Below, piece after piece: positions 1 to 12,849 of a DNA stretch of 64,000 nucleotides. The notes under the pieces are model-generated. The model saw nothing but the letters and a program-made list of their open reading frames with translations. It was not told the DNA's origin and did not search any database. How positions within the stretch are numbered: the first letter of the stretch is position 1; each line of letters begins with the position of its first letter. This DNA is from Octopus sinensis (Eukaryota), in contig NC_043018.1 in the NCBI RefSeq assembly GCF_006345805.1, forward strand, positions 16,430,001 to 16,494,000, written 5' to 3'. The translations under genes were made by a program, and so were the position numbers.

Positions 1-963
1 CCAGTTACAGTCCGTTTCAATCTAGCCAGTTACAATCCGTTACAATCTAGCCAGTTACAATCCGTTACAATCTAGCCAGTTACAATCCATTACAATCTAG
101 CCAGTTACATTCCGTTACAATCTAGCCAGTTACAGTCCGTTACAATCTAGCCAGTTACAATCCGTTACAATCTAGCCAGTTACAATCCGTTACAATCTAG
201 CCAGTTACAGTCTGTAACAATCTAGCCAGTTACAATCCATTACAATCTAGCCAGTTACACTCCATTAAAATCTAGCCAGTTACAGTCCGTTACAATCTAG
301 CCAGTTACAATCCGTTACAATCTAGCCAGTTACAATCCGTTACAATCTAGCCAGTTACAGTCCGTTACAATCTAGCCAGTTACAATCCGTTACAATCTAG
401 CCAGTTACAATCCGTTACAATCTAGCCAGTTACAGTCCGTTACAATCTAGCCAGTTACAATCCGTTACAATCTAGCCAGTTACACTCCGTTACAATCTAG
501 CCAGTTACAATCTGTTACAATCTAGCCAGTTATAATCTGTTACAATCTAGCCAGTTACAATCCGTTACAATCTAGCCAGTTACAGTCCGTTACAATCTAG
601 CCAGTTACAGTCCGTTACAATCTAGCCAGTTACAATCCGTTACAATCTAGCCAGTTACACTCCGTTACAATCTAGCCAGTTACAGTCCGTTACAATCTAA
701 CCAGTTACAGTCCGTTACAATCTAGCCAGTTACAATCCGTTACAATCTAGCCAGTTACACTCCGTTACAATCTAGCCAGTTACAGTCCGTTACAATCTAG
801 CCAGTTACATTCCGTTACAATCTAGCCAGTTACAGTCCGTTTCAATCTAGCCAGTTACAATCCGTTACAATCTAGCCAGTTACAATCCGTTACAATCTAG
901 CCAGTTACAGTCAGTTACAATCTAGCCAGTTACAATCCGTTACAATCTGGTCAGTTACAGTCC
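1..963. repeat. 25-bp minisatellite (consensus CCAGTTACAATCCGTTACAATCTAG), about 38 copies, open at the left window edge
   Basis: Exact 25-bp period (unit starts at 1, 301, 601 and 901), with only scattered substitutions. Confidence 0.97.
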
Positions 964-1394
964 ATTTTTGTTTCATTTTCTCCGTTTTGTGCGTTTCTGC
1001 ACCCGTAGATTTCTACTAAGGCAACACATAGGTGATGAAGGCAAATGAAGCCCTCACCAGAAAACTCGTTGTACTAAAAATGACATCCAAAGGTCTGATG
1101 CACAGAAATATGTTATTAAGACTACTTATCTGTGGCATACTAATTTTCTTCACTTTAAGTGATTTCCCAGGTAAACGTTTCTAATAGAAAGACAGAAGAC
1201 CGAAACAGAAATAAGGAATATGTAAGCACAGTTAAATATAGAAGTGTAAAGTATAATTTGTTACATAATCTCTATAATAAACATGATGCTGAATGGAATA
1301 AGTCCCCGTTAGAACTTTTTAATTACATATGTGTGAGAGTGTGTGTGTGTGTGCGTGTGTGTGCGTGTGCGTGTGCGTGTGCGTGTGCGTGTGC

Positions 1395-1445
<51 letters not shown>

Positions 1446-1904
1446 TGATGGAAATCTACGGACGCACAAACGCACAAATCAGAGAAAATGAAACAAATAT
1501 GGATGACTTGTTCCGAAATACCCCCGAGTGGGGAACAGTTCTCAAAAATAACCCCCAATTGTTTACTCCCCCCCCCCAAAAAAAATCCTATGTCTCCTGT
1601 GTCAGGGTACTACAGAAGCACGTGCTTTGCTAAAACTAGAAGTCAAAATACCTATGTGATACAGAAGAAGCACACAATTAATGCAGGCACAATTTGCCTA
1701 TACAGCTGTACGCTTGCGGCCACCAACGATATTATCGTTTGGAATAGTATCGTTCTTAAGTAATTTCACTGAATTCGTTTGTTTCAATGGTGCTCGACCA
1801 CTCAAAGGAATTTACAGGCATGGTAGGGGCAAGGCCTTTCATTGCTTATAATCTATACCTGTTTTTTGGGGGTGGGGTTAGACAAACGTGTATTTGGGGG
1901 AGCA

Positions 1905-2237
1905 CTCCGTTGGTTACGACGACGAGGGTTCCGGTTGATCCGATCAACGGAACAGCCTGCTCGTGAAATTAACGTGTAAGTGGCTGAGCACTCCACAGAC
2001 ACGTGTACCCTTAACGTAGTTCTCGGGGATATTCAGCGTGACACAGAGAGTTACAAGGCCGGCCCTTTGAAATACAGGTACAACAGAAACAGGAAGTAAG
2101 AGTGAGAGAAAGTTGTAGTGAAAGAGTACAGCAGGGATCACCACCATCCTCTGTCTCACAACGCCCGGTCTGGGAATCGAAACCGCGATCCTACGACCAC
2201 GAGTCCGCTGCCCTAACCACTGGGCCATTGCGCCTCC
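1905..2237 (-). mobile_element. tRNA-derived SINE, family B
   Basis: Minus strand begins GGCGCAATGGCCCAGTGGTTAGGGCAGCGG...GGTTTCGATTCC (A/B box-like); the body recurs at about 7700-8000, 8860-8990, 9165-9480 and 62364-62673. Confidence 0.8.
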
Positions 2238-2789
2238 ACTAAACGTGTATTTACTGTATATACATATACGTATTCAAAAACTTTCTTTTCGCATTTCACT
2301 TAACATCTACGTTCCATGTTGCCATAGATTGCAGAGTTACGTAGAAAGTTGGTATCTCAGCAACTGTAGAAGTTGAAACCTGCGTAATCAATACAGCGTT
2401 TTTAAATGTCATTATTTTCTTTAACCCGGGGCTACGCGGGATATTTCTGGTAGATTACAAAATAAAATCAGCTCTAGTAAAAGAAATAATTTTAATTACA
2501 TATACTTAATGTATATGTAATTAATAATATATACAGGACGGTACAAAAGTAGGTATACAGTTATGAAAACAGAAAACACGTACGATACTCATTTAGTTTT
2601 ATCAAAAAAAAAAATTAAAAGTTACGATAAAATCGTGATTAAAGTTATGATAATTGTATTATACTGATTAATGACACTGAGAATATCAAACATGAAGCTA
2701 ATTAATTTAATGTGCCAATAATTTTAATGAATTAATTATCATAATATTGATGAGATGCTTACTGTATGCCCACCTTCTGCACCCCACTA

Positions 2790-2799
<10 letters not shown>

Positions 2800-2827
<28 letters not shown>

Positions 2828-3211
2828 GAAGTTGTGTGTCTGTCTGTCTCCTACGATTTAGATTCCTAACTACTCCCACATTTTGCGGTGCAGTTTAACC
2901 AAAACCGGGTATCTTATAGTCGTGATTCATATCGAGCCCTTCTGGGTATTAGCGCGCGTCTACGATGAGTCTACGATTAAAAAAAAAATTACCATAATTT
3001 TTTTCCATTTTAATGCATTTTCTCGCTATTATATAAGGGAAGTAACTCTCTAAAAATGTCTACGATGAGTCAACGATTTAAAAAAAAATTTACCATCATT
3101 TGTTTTCCATTTTTAATGCATTTTTATGCTATTTTTTGGCTATAACTCTGTAAAAATGCTTATATAGTTATTTCTCTTACAAACCCGAGCAACGCCGGGC
3201 GATACTGCTAG
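2800..3211 (+). mobile_element. Non-autonomous Helitron-like element
   Basis: 5' (TA)n-AAAAGAGAAGTTGTGTGTCTGTCTGTC; 3' end is a GC hairpin CCCGAGCAACGCCGGG followed by CTAG; the same 3' end occurs at about 51610-51636. Confidence 0.55.
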
Positions 3212-3453
3212 TATATATATATATATTTTATTTTATTTATTAGGGACTAAAAATTCCGGCATTACAGGGGCTCAAATTATTCTCAATGAGGAAATATATA
3301 TTTTTTTATTTAGAGATAGTAGTCCCCTTCGTCACACCATATAAAAGAATTTTAATTTAATTTAATAATTTAATGAGTAGTATGTATTAAATTAAAATTC
3401 TTTTATATGGTGTGATGATGGGGACTACTATCTCTACATAACATATATATATA

Positions 3454-3618
3454 GGCGCAGGAGTGGCTGTGTGGTAAGTAGCTTGTTTACCAATCACATG
3501 GTCCCGGGTTCAGTCCCACTGCGTGGCACCTTGGGCAAGTGTCTTCTACCATAGCCTCGGGCCGACCAAAACCTTGTGAGTGGATTTGGTAGACGGAAAC
3601 TGAAAAAAGCCCGTCGTA

Positions 3619-3671
<53 letters not shown>

Positions 3672-3885
3672 TTGTGTGTCTGTGTTTGTCCCCCCAACAT
3701 CGCTTGACAACCGATGCTGGTGTGTTTATGTCTCCGTTATCTAGCGTTTCGGCAAAAGAGACCGATAGAATAAGTACTGGGCTTACAAAAGAATAAGTCC
3801 CGGGGGTCGAGTTGCTCGATTAAAGGCAGTGCTCCAGCATGGCCGCAGTGAAATGACTGAAACAAGTAAAAGAGTAAAAGAGTAT
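3454..3885 (+). mobile_element. tRNA-derived SINE, family A (CORE-like centre, internal TA/TG microsatellite)
   Basis: GGCGCAGGAGTGGCTGTGTGGTAAG...GGTTCAGTCCC head, then CACCTTGGGCAAGTG; more than 10 copies in the window. Confidence 0.85.
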
Positions 3886-3908
3886 ATATATATATATATA
3901 TATATAAT

Positions 3909-4070
3909 AGTTTCGCCAAGCTAATATGGCATTCCAGGAAAATAGGACGAATGCCGCCGTTGATTAGCTCCAAGAGGCCATCGCCTCTAGCTAGCAATGA
4001 CCTCTTGGAGCTAATCAACGGCGGTATTCGTCCTATTTTCCTAGACTGTCAGGTTAGCTTGGCAATAACT
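3909..4070. repeat. Fold-back inverted repeat (about 70-bp arms), MITE-like
   Basis: AGGAAAATAGGACGAATGCCGCCGTTGATTAGCTCCAAGAGG pairs with CCTCTTGGAGCTAATCAACGGCGGTATTCGTCCTATTTTCCT; a half copy lies at about 35240-35320. Confidence 0.85.
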
Positions 4071-4120
4071 CTAATACCCAGTACCGCTGCCGTAGTCTAT
4101 TTTAGAGAGATTTAGAAATA

Positions 4121-4169
<49 letters not shown>

Positions 4170-4213
4170 CAATGGTAAATCTCAGAGCGAGTTATAAACA
4201 GTAGCAGCAACAC

Positions 4214-4380
4214 ATCGTGACGTATATTTGCCATTTGAATATGGATAACCCCTAAGGGTGGATGCTACTGTAGTTTGTAGCCCCAGGAGAACACCTCCTC
4301 CAGCTGGCTATAGACACACTTTCTGTGTCCTATCAGTATTCGCAAAGGGCCTTGCATATTCAAATGGCAAATATACGTCA

Positions 4381-4384
<4 letters not shown>
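4214..4384. mobile_element. MITE with 30-bp perfect terminal inverted repeats
   Basis: ATCGTGACGTATATTTGCCATTTGAATATG (4214-4243) and its reverse complement (4355-4384); the interior resembles one arm of the 55395-55719 element. Confidence 0.75.
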
Positions 4385-4414
<30 letters not shown>

Positions 4415-4428
4415 CACGCGCTCACACA

Positions 4429-4517
<89 letters not shown>

Positions 4518-4929
4518 GGCGCCTCGTAAGAATGTATAATGTTCCTTAATAACGGTCGTGACAAGGCACTGGAATTAAATCTTTAGCGAGATTGTTTATC
4601 AGTAAACAAAAATATATCAGAGCGATTACTCCAGCTTAAAAATGATTCTACTCTCAATGAATTTACAGTTACAATCAAGAAATACGTTGTTGTGAATTTG
4701 ATGATTACATTCTATACTATGTCTAAAGGAAAGAAGACGAAAGTATAATTTGCAACACTAATTCTTAACCGGGGTCCATGTGTATGGCCCTTGGTGGGGG
4801 ATCCGTATTAGATTTTATTGTTAAAATTCATGTGCCATAAATTTGTTATACTTTTACAATACAGAAAATATTTAAACTTTTTATGGAATTCTTATCTTCT
4901 GATCTCTTACCTGTATCAGTCATTTGACT

Positions 4930-5320
4930 TCGGCCATGCTGGGGCTCCGTTTTGATAGGTTTTACTCGAACCAATCAACTCCAGGACATTTTTAAAGTTT
5001 TGCACTTATTCTATCGGTTTCTTTAGCCGACCTGCTAAGTTAAGGGGACATAAACTAACCAGCCCCAGTTGTCAAGCAGTGGTGGGGGACAAACACAAAC
5101 ACAGACACACGTGTATGTGCGTGTGTTTTGTGTGTGTGTGTCTGTTTGCGTGTGTGTACTACGTGCTGCCTTCAATTTCCGTCTATGAAATCCAGTAACA
5201 AGGTTTTGGTCGGCCCGAGGCTATAGAAGAAAACTCTAGCCCAAGGTGTCACGCAGTGGGACTGAACCCGAACCCATTTATCCTGGAAGCAGGCTTCTGA
5301 CACACAGCCACGCCTGCGCA
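4930..5320 (-). mobile_element. SINE family A copy
   Basis: Reverse-complement match to 3454-3885. Confidence 0.75.
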
Positions 5321-5624
5321 TTAATAACATGTAATAAAATGTAAAGTACAGCAAGATCTTTACATACATGTGCGGTGTGTGTGTGTGTGCGTGTGTGTGT
5401 GTGTGTGTGTGCGTACTTGTGTGTATGTATTTTCTGGTGTATGCGTATATACTCCACCACGCTACCGCATTACTGGAAAATAAGTCTTCGTGTCTGAGAT
5501 CAATAGACCAATTGAGTAAACGCACTAATAACGTACCTATAATGACTACTGGAAACATCTGTAAGCCAAATTTGTTCTAATAAAAGAAACATATGTAACG
5601 CCCATTATTTATACCTTGCCGTAT

Positions 5625-5668
<44 letters not shown>

Positions 5669-5734
5669 GGAGTAAACACATAAATGTGAAACAAGGTGGA
5701 AAAAAAAGTACTTAAATACCAGTGGTAGAGTAAT

Positions 5735-5892
5735 ATGCTTTATTTAAAGCAGCAGAAAATTCAACAAAACCTGTTACTCTGAGTTTCACGTTTCCATTCG
5801 TCGGACAGTTTTTGCTAGAATCTGTCCGACAAACGGGAACGTGAAACTCAGAGTAAGAGGTTTTGTTGAATTTTTCTGCTGCTTTAAATAAA

Positions 5893-5896
<4 letters not shown>
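5735..5896. repeat. Fold-back inverted repeat (about 75-bp arms)
   Basis: CTTTATTTAAAGCAGCAGAAAATTCAACAAAACC...GTCGGACAG versus CTGTCCGAC...GGTTTTGTTGAATTTTTCTGCTGCTTTAAATAAAG. Confidence 0.85.
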
Positions 5897-5927
<31 letters not shown>

Positions 5928-6984
5928 TAATCCAAACAATACAAAGAGAAAACACAACAATGCAAGGACGTGGAACAAATATAGTATTATTGGACGCTCA
6001 GGAAGGAAGGGAAGAAGGAGGGTTTAACGTTTTGAGTGGGGCTCTTCGTCAGAAACATAGGAAAAGGAAAGATCCAGAGAAGGGAAGACGGAGGATATAT
6101 ATGTAAGTAGGTCAGATGTTTCTCGTTAGATGTTTCTCCCAGCATGGAGATAAAATACAATGGAATTAGACAATCATCTGACAAGCAGCAAGTGTGTAAA
6201 TTCGGTTTCGAATATAAGTCAGCGAAGGCAAAGCGAGATTCTACACATTCCTTGTTCTTTGGGGTTTTTTTTTCAACCACCGGAGTAACTAGGGACTTAT
6301 GGAAAGGAAGGTTTTATATTACGCAGAGCTTATGAAATAAGGGAAACTTACTAAAATGCTTGGGATAGACGGAGGGTTAAAGCTAAACATAAATAATAAA
6401 TGTCATAAACTAACAGTCTACGTGACACAAGACACCACAGTGTGACAAGAGAAAGAAATTAGCGAAACTAAATATACCGGAATTAACTTTTCATCCTTCG
6501 AGAATTATCAATGGAAGATGTGACATTGACGCCACGTGAGACTAACAAGAAGAAAAACAGTTTTATGTAATTTTGCAACATTTATTTGATGGAAATTTTA
6601 CTAGCGAAAATTAAGATTGATATCAATGATCGATGGTAAAGTTTTATTAGAAATCATTGAATAATTTAGTTCGTATCCACTACCAACAGAGCCGTTGCCA
6701 CATTTTTTTTTTTCTGTAAACAAAAGTGACTAAAAATGGTGATGTCAGCTCGGAAGAAAAAATATTAATTCGAAACATATCAAAGACATGATTAGTTAAA
6801 TTGATAAAAATGTTCTAAACGTATCATTGATACTATTGACGTTGTTGTTCTTGTTGTTGTTATTGTTGTTACCTGATTTGGTGGCAAAGACATCGAACAA
6901 ACATCAAGGAAATTGACGTTCAAACGCTGAAATGAATTAGAAAAGAGACTCTACCGGAGGCGTAGAGACGAGCTGTCACCTCCC

Positions 6985-6999
6985 TCCCTCCTTCCCGCA

Positions 7000-7030
<31 letters not shown>

Positions 7031-7475
7031 CCTTCTCTCCGTCTCTCTTTCTTTCTGTCTTTCTCACTCTTCTTTCTCTCTCTCTGTTTGACTGTCTTTC
7101 TCTGTCTCTCTCTCTCGTTTCCCCTCCCTTCCTCCCTCTCTCTATCTCTCGCTGTTCTCTCTCTCTCTCTTGTTTCCCTCTCCTCCCTCTCTCTCACTCT
7201 CGTTTCACTCCCCGCCCTCCCATGCTGCCCCCCTCTCTCTCGTTTCCCTTCCTCCCTCTCTCGCTCTTTCTTTCTTTCTCTCTCTCTCTCTCTTTCTCTT
7301 TCTCTCTCATTATCTCGCTCTTCCTCTCTGTTTACCTGTCTGTCTCCCTCTCTCGCTCTTCACTCTCTCTCGTTCCCTCTATCTCTCATTCTCTCTCGTT
7401 TCCCTTCCCTCCGTTTCTCCCTCCCTCTCTCGCTCTCATTCTCTCTCTTTCTCTCTCGTTCTCTCTCTCTTTTTT
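6985..7475. repeat. Polypyrimidine (CT)n-rich low-complexity tract
   Basis: Almost purely C/T on the + strand. Confidence 0.9.
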
Positions 7476-7699
7476 TCTATTTTCTATTACTACTGTAATG
7501 GCTTCTCATATCCCTTATACAACTAAAGCCTTTTTACCTGCGATAGTGCAGGTAAAAATTACTAATGTTAACACCTGTAGTAAGTCCCTAACATCTACCA
7601 AGTCCCGTAACTGGCACCTCAATCCCTAAAAAACGACTATCAGGAAGGCTTTCTCGTATCTTGTCAAAACAGCCGCCGTTAACTTTTCAGAGGGTTCAC

Positions 7700-8000
7700 A
7701 ACTGGCTCTCCGTCGTTTACGACGATGAGGGCTCCAGTTGACCTTTCCAACGGAAGAGATTGTTTGTGAAATAAACGTGCAAGTGGCTGAGTACACCACA
7801 GACATGCGTACTTTTAACGTAATCCTCGGGGAGACTTGGCTTATGTGAAAAGGCTGGCTCATTGAAACACAAGCAATACTTATCCTCTCAAGCTGAATAA
7901 ACTGGAGCAATGTAAAAAAAATTGTTTTACTCAAGGACACCACACATCACCGGGTATAGAAGTCACGGTCTTATGACCGTGAGCAGAATGCCGCAACCAC
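7700..8000 (-). mobile_element. SINE family B copy (diverged)
   Basis: Shares CGACGATGAGGG..CCAGTTGA..AACGTGCAAGTGGCTGAG body with 1905-2237. Confidence 0.65.
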
Positions 8001-8484
8001 TAAGTTACCCGGTTTCATCAAGAGAGTGAGCATACTCAGCGCATATCAACCAAGTTGTTCTATATATAACAGCCACTAAGTTTAGACAGTTGCCTTGTAC
8101 AAAAGGTTTTCCTATTGCTGCAACACAACAAGGCCACTGGTTGTAGCGGTATCCCTTCCATTTCCTTCATCAGCTTCTGCTTCTCTGAAATGAGCAAGCT
8201 ACGCAGCATCATCGCAGAAGCTCACCTCACGCCTTCTCTTTCCTCCTAGGTGTCATCCCCCCTGCGTTTCACCATGAGTCTACCTGAACACTTTGATCTA
8301 TAAATCCTTCCGTTTACAACTACGAAATTCTAGAATATCTACCTGCGTTGCCCAAGCTGATCCTCCTTATGTCCACATACAACAACGTAAATTACAGGTA
8401 TTTGTATTACCTGTAATAATCTTTTCTGCTAAAAGCAAAGCACTTCATCCACCATGCTAACGATTCTGCCATCTCGCCGCCTTC

Positions 8485-8533
<49 letters not shown>

Positions 8534-8560
8534 TATGATAATGATAAATAATAATAATAC

Positions 8561-8629
<69 letters not shown>

Positions 8630-9164
8630 CCTTTCTACTGGAGGTACAAGACCAAATTTTGTGGGTAGGGGTCTCGTTGATTAAATCGCCCCCAGTGTTT
8701 CACTGGGGCTTAATTTATCGACCCTGAAGCTATGAAAGGCAAAATTGACAATGGCGGAATTTGAAATCAGCGTAGCGACGGGCGAAATACCGCTAAGCGC
8801 TTCGTCCAGCATACTAACGATTCTACCATCACGCCACCTTGTTATTGTTACGAGAAGAACTAACTGGTTCTCCGTCGGTGACGACGACAATGGTTCCAGT
8901 TGACCTGATCAATGGAACGGCCTGCTTGCAACATTAACGTGCAAGAGGCTGGACACTCCTTAGGCAAGCGTGCCCTTCGTGAAGAGCTTAAGACGCACTG
9001 AATTCATAGAACGGCAGGTGGACAGCCTCTTCGTCCACTTCGTTCAGATTGAAGAAGTTAATGCTAACGAAAAAAATCGCATCTCGTCCAGGCAGATACA
9101 TTTTGCTACGAACTGAACAGAAACACAACTGAATAAATTTAATATGGGGAAAGAGGAAAAAAAC

Positions 9165-9480
9165 TGGTTCTCCGTCAGTTACGACGACGAGATTTCTAGA
9201 TTATCCGACCCACGGAAGAGCCTACTCGTGAACTTAACGTGCAAGTGGCTGGACACTCCAACGGGCACGCGTACTGTCAACGTAGTTCTCAGGGAGATGC
9301 AGCGTGTGACAGAGTGTGACGAGGCTGGCCCCTTTGAATCACAGGTATGCTTAAGTTTTCCAGTTGAGTGGACCGGAGCAACGTGAAATAGAGTATCTTG
9401 CTTAAGGACAGAACGCGTTGTCAGAAATCCAACCCATAGCTTTAAGACTGTCAGCCGCCTGCCCTAACCATTAAGCCACG
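9165..9480 (-). mobile_element. SINE family B copy
   Basis: Same body; ends in CCCTAACCATTAAGCCACGCGC (tRNA head on the minus strand). Confidence 0.7.
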
Positions 9481-9719
9481 CGCATTCATTTACTGTATGC
9501 TGACACAGAAGAAGGAATAAACAATTTGAAATTTAGTGACATTAATTAACTAATTAACAAATTAACAATCAGGAAAATGTTTGAAGAGATAACATTCACA
9601 CAATTTGAAGTCGGAACAGAAAGCAGCTGAATGTTATTAAATATAACAATGACGTTCATTATAAGACACGTTTATCATCTATTAGATATAATTATACTGA
9701 ATAAGCAAAAGATATAGAA

Positions 9720-9723
9720 AGTT

Positions 9724-9754
<31 letters not shown>

Positions 9755-9880
9755 AAGACAGGCAGACAGAAAGACAGACAGACAGAAAGACAGACAGACA
9801 GAAAGACAGACAGACAAATAGATAGAAAGTAGATGGATAGGTAGATAGACAGACAGATAGGTAGACATAGATAGATAGAC

Positions 9881-9932
<52 letters not shown>

Positions 9933-9988
9933 CTGGATAGATAGATAGATGGATAGTTGGATAGACAGACAGGTAGACATAGATAGAG

Positions 9989-10027
<39 letters not shown>

Positions 10028-10115
10028 CATATATAGAGAGTGAGATAGATAGATAGATAGAGAGATAGATAGATAGATAGATAGATAGATTGATAGATAG
10101 ATAGATAGACAGACA

Positions 10116-10209
<94 letters not shown>

Positions 10210-10280
10210 CATATATAGTTAGATAGATAAATAGATAGATAGACAGATAGACAAGCAGACAGACAAACAGACAGACAGAC
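9720..10280. repeat. Compound (GACA)n/(GATA)n/(TA)n microsatellite
   Basis: Direct reading; explains the three overlapping YLSI-type ORFs. Confidence 0.95.
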
Positions 10281-10304
10281 TGATATATCGATAAATATAC
10301 ACGT

Positions 10305-10700
10305 GGGGAAGTCAAAAATTATCCGCGCTTTCACCATACCATATCTTTACTATTGGTCACACTATCTTGTGCGCATAGTCGGTACTATTGTGATCACATG
10401 ATTGAAGTTTGAGCCTGATCATGCCATTTTTCTTTCTGGCTTTACGGTGTAAGCATGGCCACTCCACTAGCAATGTGCACCAAGGAAGAACAAAGAGCAG
10501 TGATCCGATTTCTGTAGTCGGATGGTGTGTCAGGTGTGTCAGGTGTGTCAGGTGTGTCAGGTGTGTCAGGTGTGTCAGGTGTGCGAGGACGCTTCTCAAG
10601 CTCCCCCCTGATGAGAAGATTCAGCAAGTTCGAGAGATGGTAATTATGGTGAACCGGCGAATAATTATCGATGAGGTAGCTCGTTCTCTGCAGATTAGTA
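10305..10700 (+). mobile_element. Mariner transposon 5' remnant (pseudo-transposase)
   Basis: ATG at 10455 reads MATPLAMCTKEEQRAVIRFL*SDGVSG; downstream DEKIQQVREMVIMVNRRIIIDEVARSLQIS; both resemble mariner N-terminal HTH regions. Confidence 0.75.
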
Positions 10701-11782
10701 CTTATTTTATTGATCTCTTTTGTCAAACCGCTACGTTACGAGTCGTAAATAAGCCAGCACCGGTTGTCAGGTGGTGAAAGGGTTACAAATACAGACCCGA
10801 ACACACACATATATATGTTTATGTGTGTGAAAGTATGTATGTATGTTTATATGTATGTATTTATGTATGTATATATGTATGTATGTATGTGCATGACTGT
10901 TTGTATGTACGTATGTATGTATTTATGTATGTATGTATGCATGTATGTATGTATGTATGTATGTGTATGACTGTATGTATGTGTGTATGCATGTATGTAT
11001 GTGTGTATGCATGCGTGTATGTATGAGTATGAATGTATGTATGTGTGTATGTAAATATATGTGTGCGTATGTATATATGTGTGTATGTATTATGAACGTG
11101 TGTGTGGTTATGTTTTTGCTCCCACAACCATTTGACAAACACTTCTGGTTTGTTTGCATATATGACACTCTTCCGTACAGTTTCTAGCAATCAAACTCAC
11201 TCACAAGGCCATGGAGAAGACATATGCCCAACGTGCCATGCAGTGGGACTGAACCCAGAACCTCGTGGTTGCAAAGTGATCTTAACCACACAACCATACT
11301 TACCCGTACATGATTATACAAGATCACCGTATCATAAAACTAATAAATCTTTTGCCAATGTAATCTGCATCTCAAAAGTCTATAGAAGAAATCCTCGCCT
11401 GGTCTGTTCATTCAGTCATTTTATAACAATGAATTTAGATTCGTGCTATAGAAATACTATTTTGTATCAAGATAAATTCGTTTATAATATCTAATTGTGT
11501 AACAAACGGCCTATCTTACCATATATCGATTTATCGTTCCTGTATCCCAAGGTTAAGGGGAAAAATTATTCCAGCAAATCTAACCAAGAGATAAAATGAT
11601 GTAATAGACAATACAAATGATGGCAATGATGATGATGATGATCATAATGATAATAATAATAATAATGATAATAATATTGATGATGGTGATGATGCAATAA
11701 CAAGAATAATGATAATGATAATAAAAATAATAACAATAATATTAATAATAATATTAATAATAATAATAATAATAATAATAAT

Positions 11783-12044
11783 CTGAAAACAGAAACAATT
11801 CCTATCATAGTAGGTGCATTAGGCATGATAAAAAAATATTCAGACAAATACATAACAAAAACACCAGGACTTACAAACACATATAACATACAGAAAATTG
11901 CACTACTAGGCACTGCACACATCCTACGCAGAACACTTTCCATACAATAACCATCAGAGCATCACAACAAATCACAGCACATACCCAAGGCACACAGAGC
12001 TGCGCTCGGTAGTGAAGTGAAAGCACGCTATAAAAATAAAACTA

Positions 12045-12048
<4 letters not shown>
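11783..12048 (+). mobile_element. 5'-truncated non-LTR retrotransposon 3' end (RLE type, R4/Dong-like)
   Basis: Reads LKTETIPIIVGALGMIKKYSDKYITKTPGLTNTYNIQKIALLGTAHILRRTLSIQ* (stop at 11948-11950); flanked on both sides by (TAA)n. Confidence 0.75.
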
Positions 12049-12079
<31 letters not shown>

Positions 12080-12087
12080 TAATAATG

Positions 12088-12141
<54 letters not shown>

Positions 12142-12340
12142 TAATAATAATAATAATATTGATGATGGTGATGATGTAATAACAAGAATAATGATAAAGA
12201 TAATAAAAATAATAATAATAATAATAATAATATTAATAATAATAATAAAAATAATAGTAACAACAGATGACAACGTTTCTCTAAAAGAATTGTTTTTTGT
12301 AGTTTCAGCTGAGCTGCGGCCATGCTGGTGCACCGCCGTT

Positions 12341-12640
12341 ATGAAGAAACTTTCAAAATACAAAGACCTGGAAATAGAGGCAACTCGAATGTGTGGAGTC
12401 TAAAAACAGAAACAATTCCTATCATAGTCGGCGCATTAGGTATGATAAAAATAATTCAGACAAATACTTAATAAAACATCACGACTAACAAATATATACA
12501 ACATAGAAAATAGCCCTACTGAGCACTGCACACATCCTACGCAAAACACTTTCAATACAATAACAATAAGAGCATCACAGCAAACCACAGCTCAAACACA
12601 AGGCACACAGAGTTGCGCTCAGTCGTGCAGTGAGAGGACG
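12341..12640 (+). mobile_element. Second RLE-type non-LTR 3' fragment, frameshifted
   Basis: KKLSKYKDLEIEATRM/..LKTETIPIIVGALGMIK; the 3' UTR matches the first copy. Confidence 0.7.
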
Positions 12641-12849
12641 CTATAAGGAAGCACACTCGGGAGGGCTGGATAGGTATTTGAGATTTCGAGCCTCCGCTCT
12701 TCGACAAAAAGGATTAAGAGGAAAAAAAAGGAGAGAGAATTAAAAAAAAAAACCAGAAAATAAATGTGCATGGATAACGGTTCAACACGATGAGTGTATA
12801 TATATATAATATAATTAATATATATATATTATATATAGATATATATATT

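Noticed and set aside
1-963. CRISPR-like appearance of the regular 25-bp array
   Set aside because: No unique spacers, eukaryotic context and no cas genes; it is a plain tandem repeat
2160-2237. tRNA-like sequences (also at 3454, 15615, 62600 and others)
   Set aside because: They are SINE heads continuing into family bodies; I could not build a complete cloverleaf
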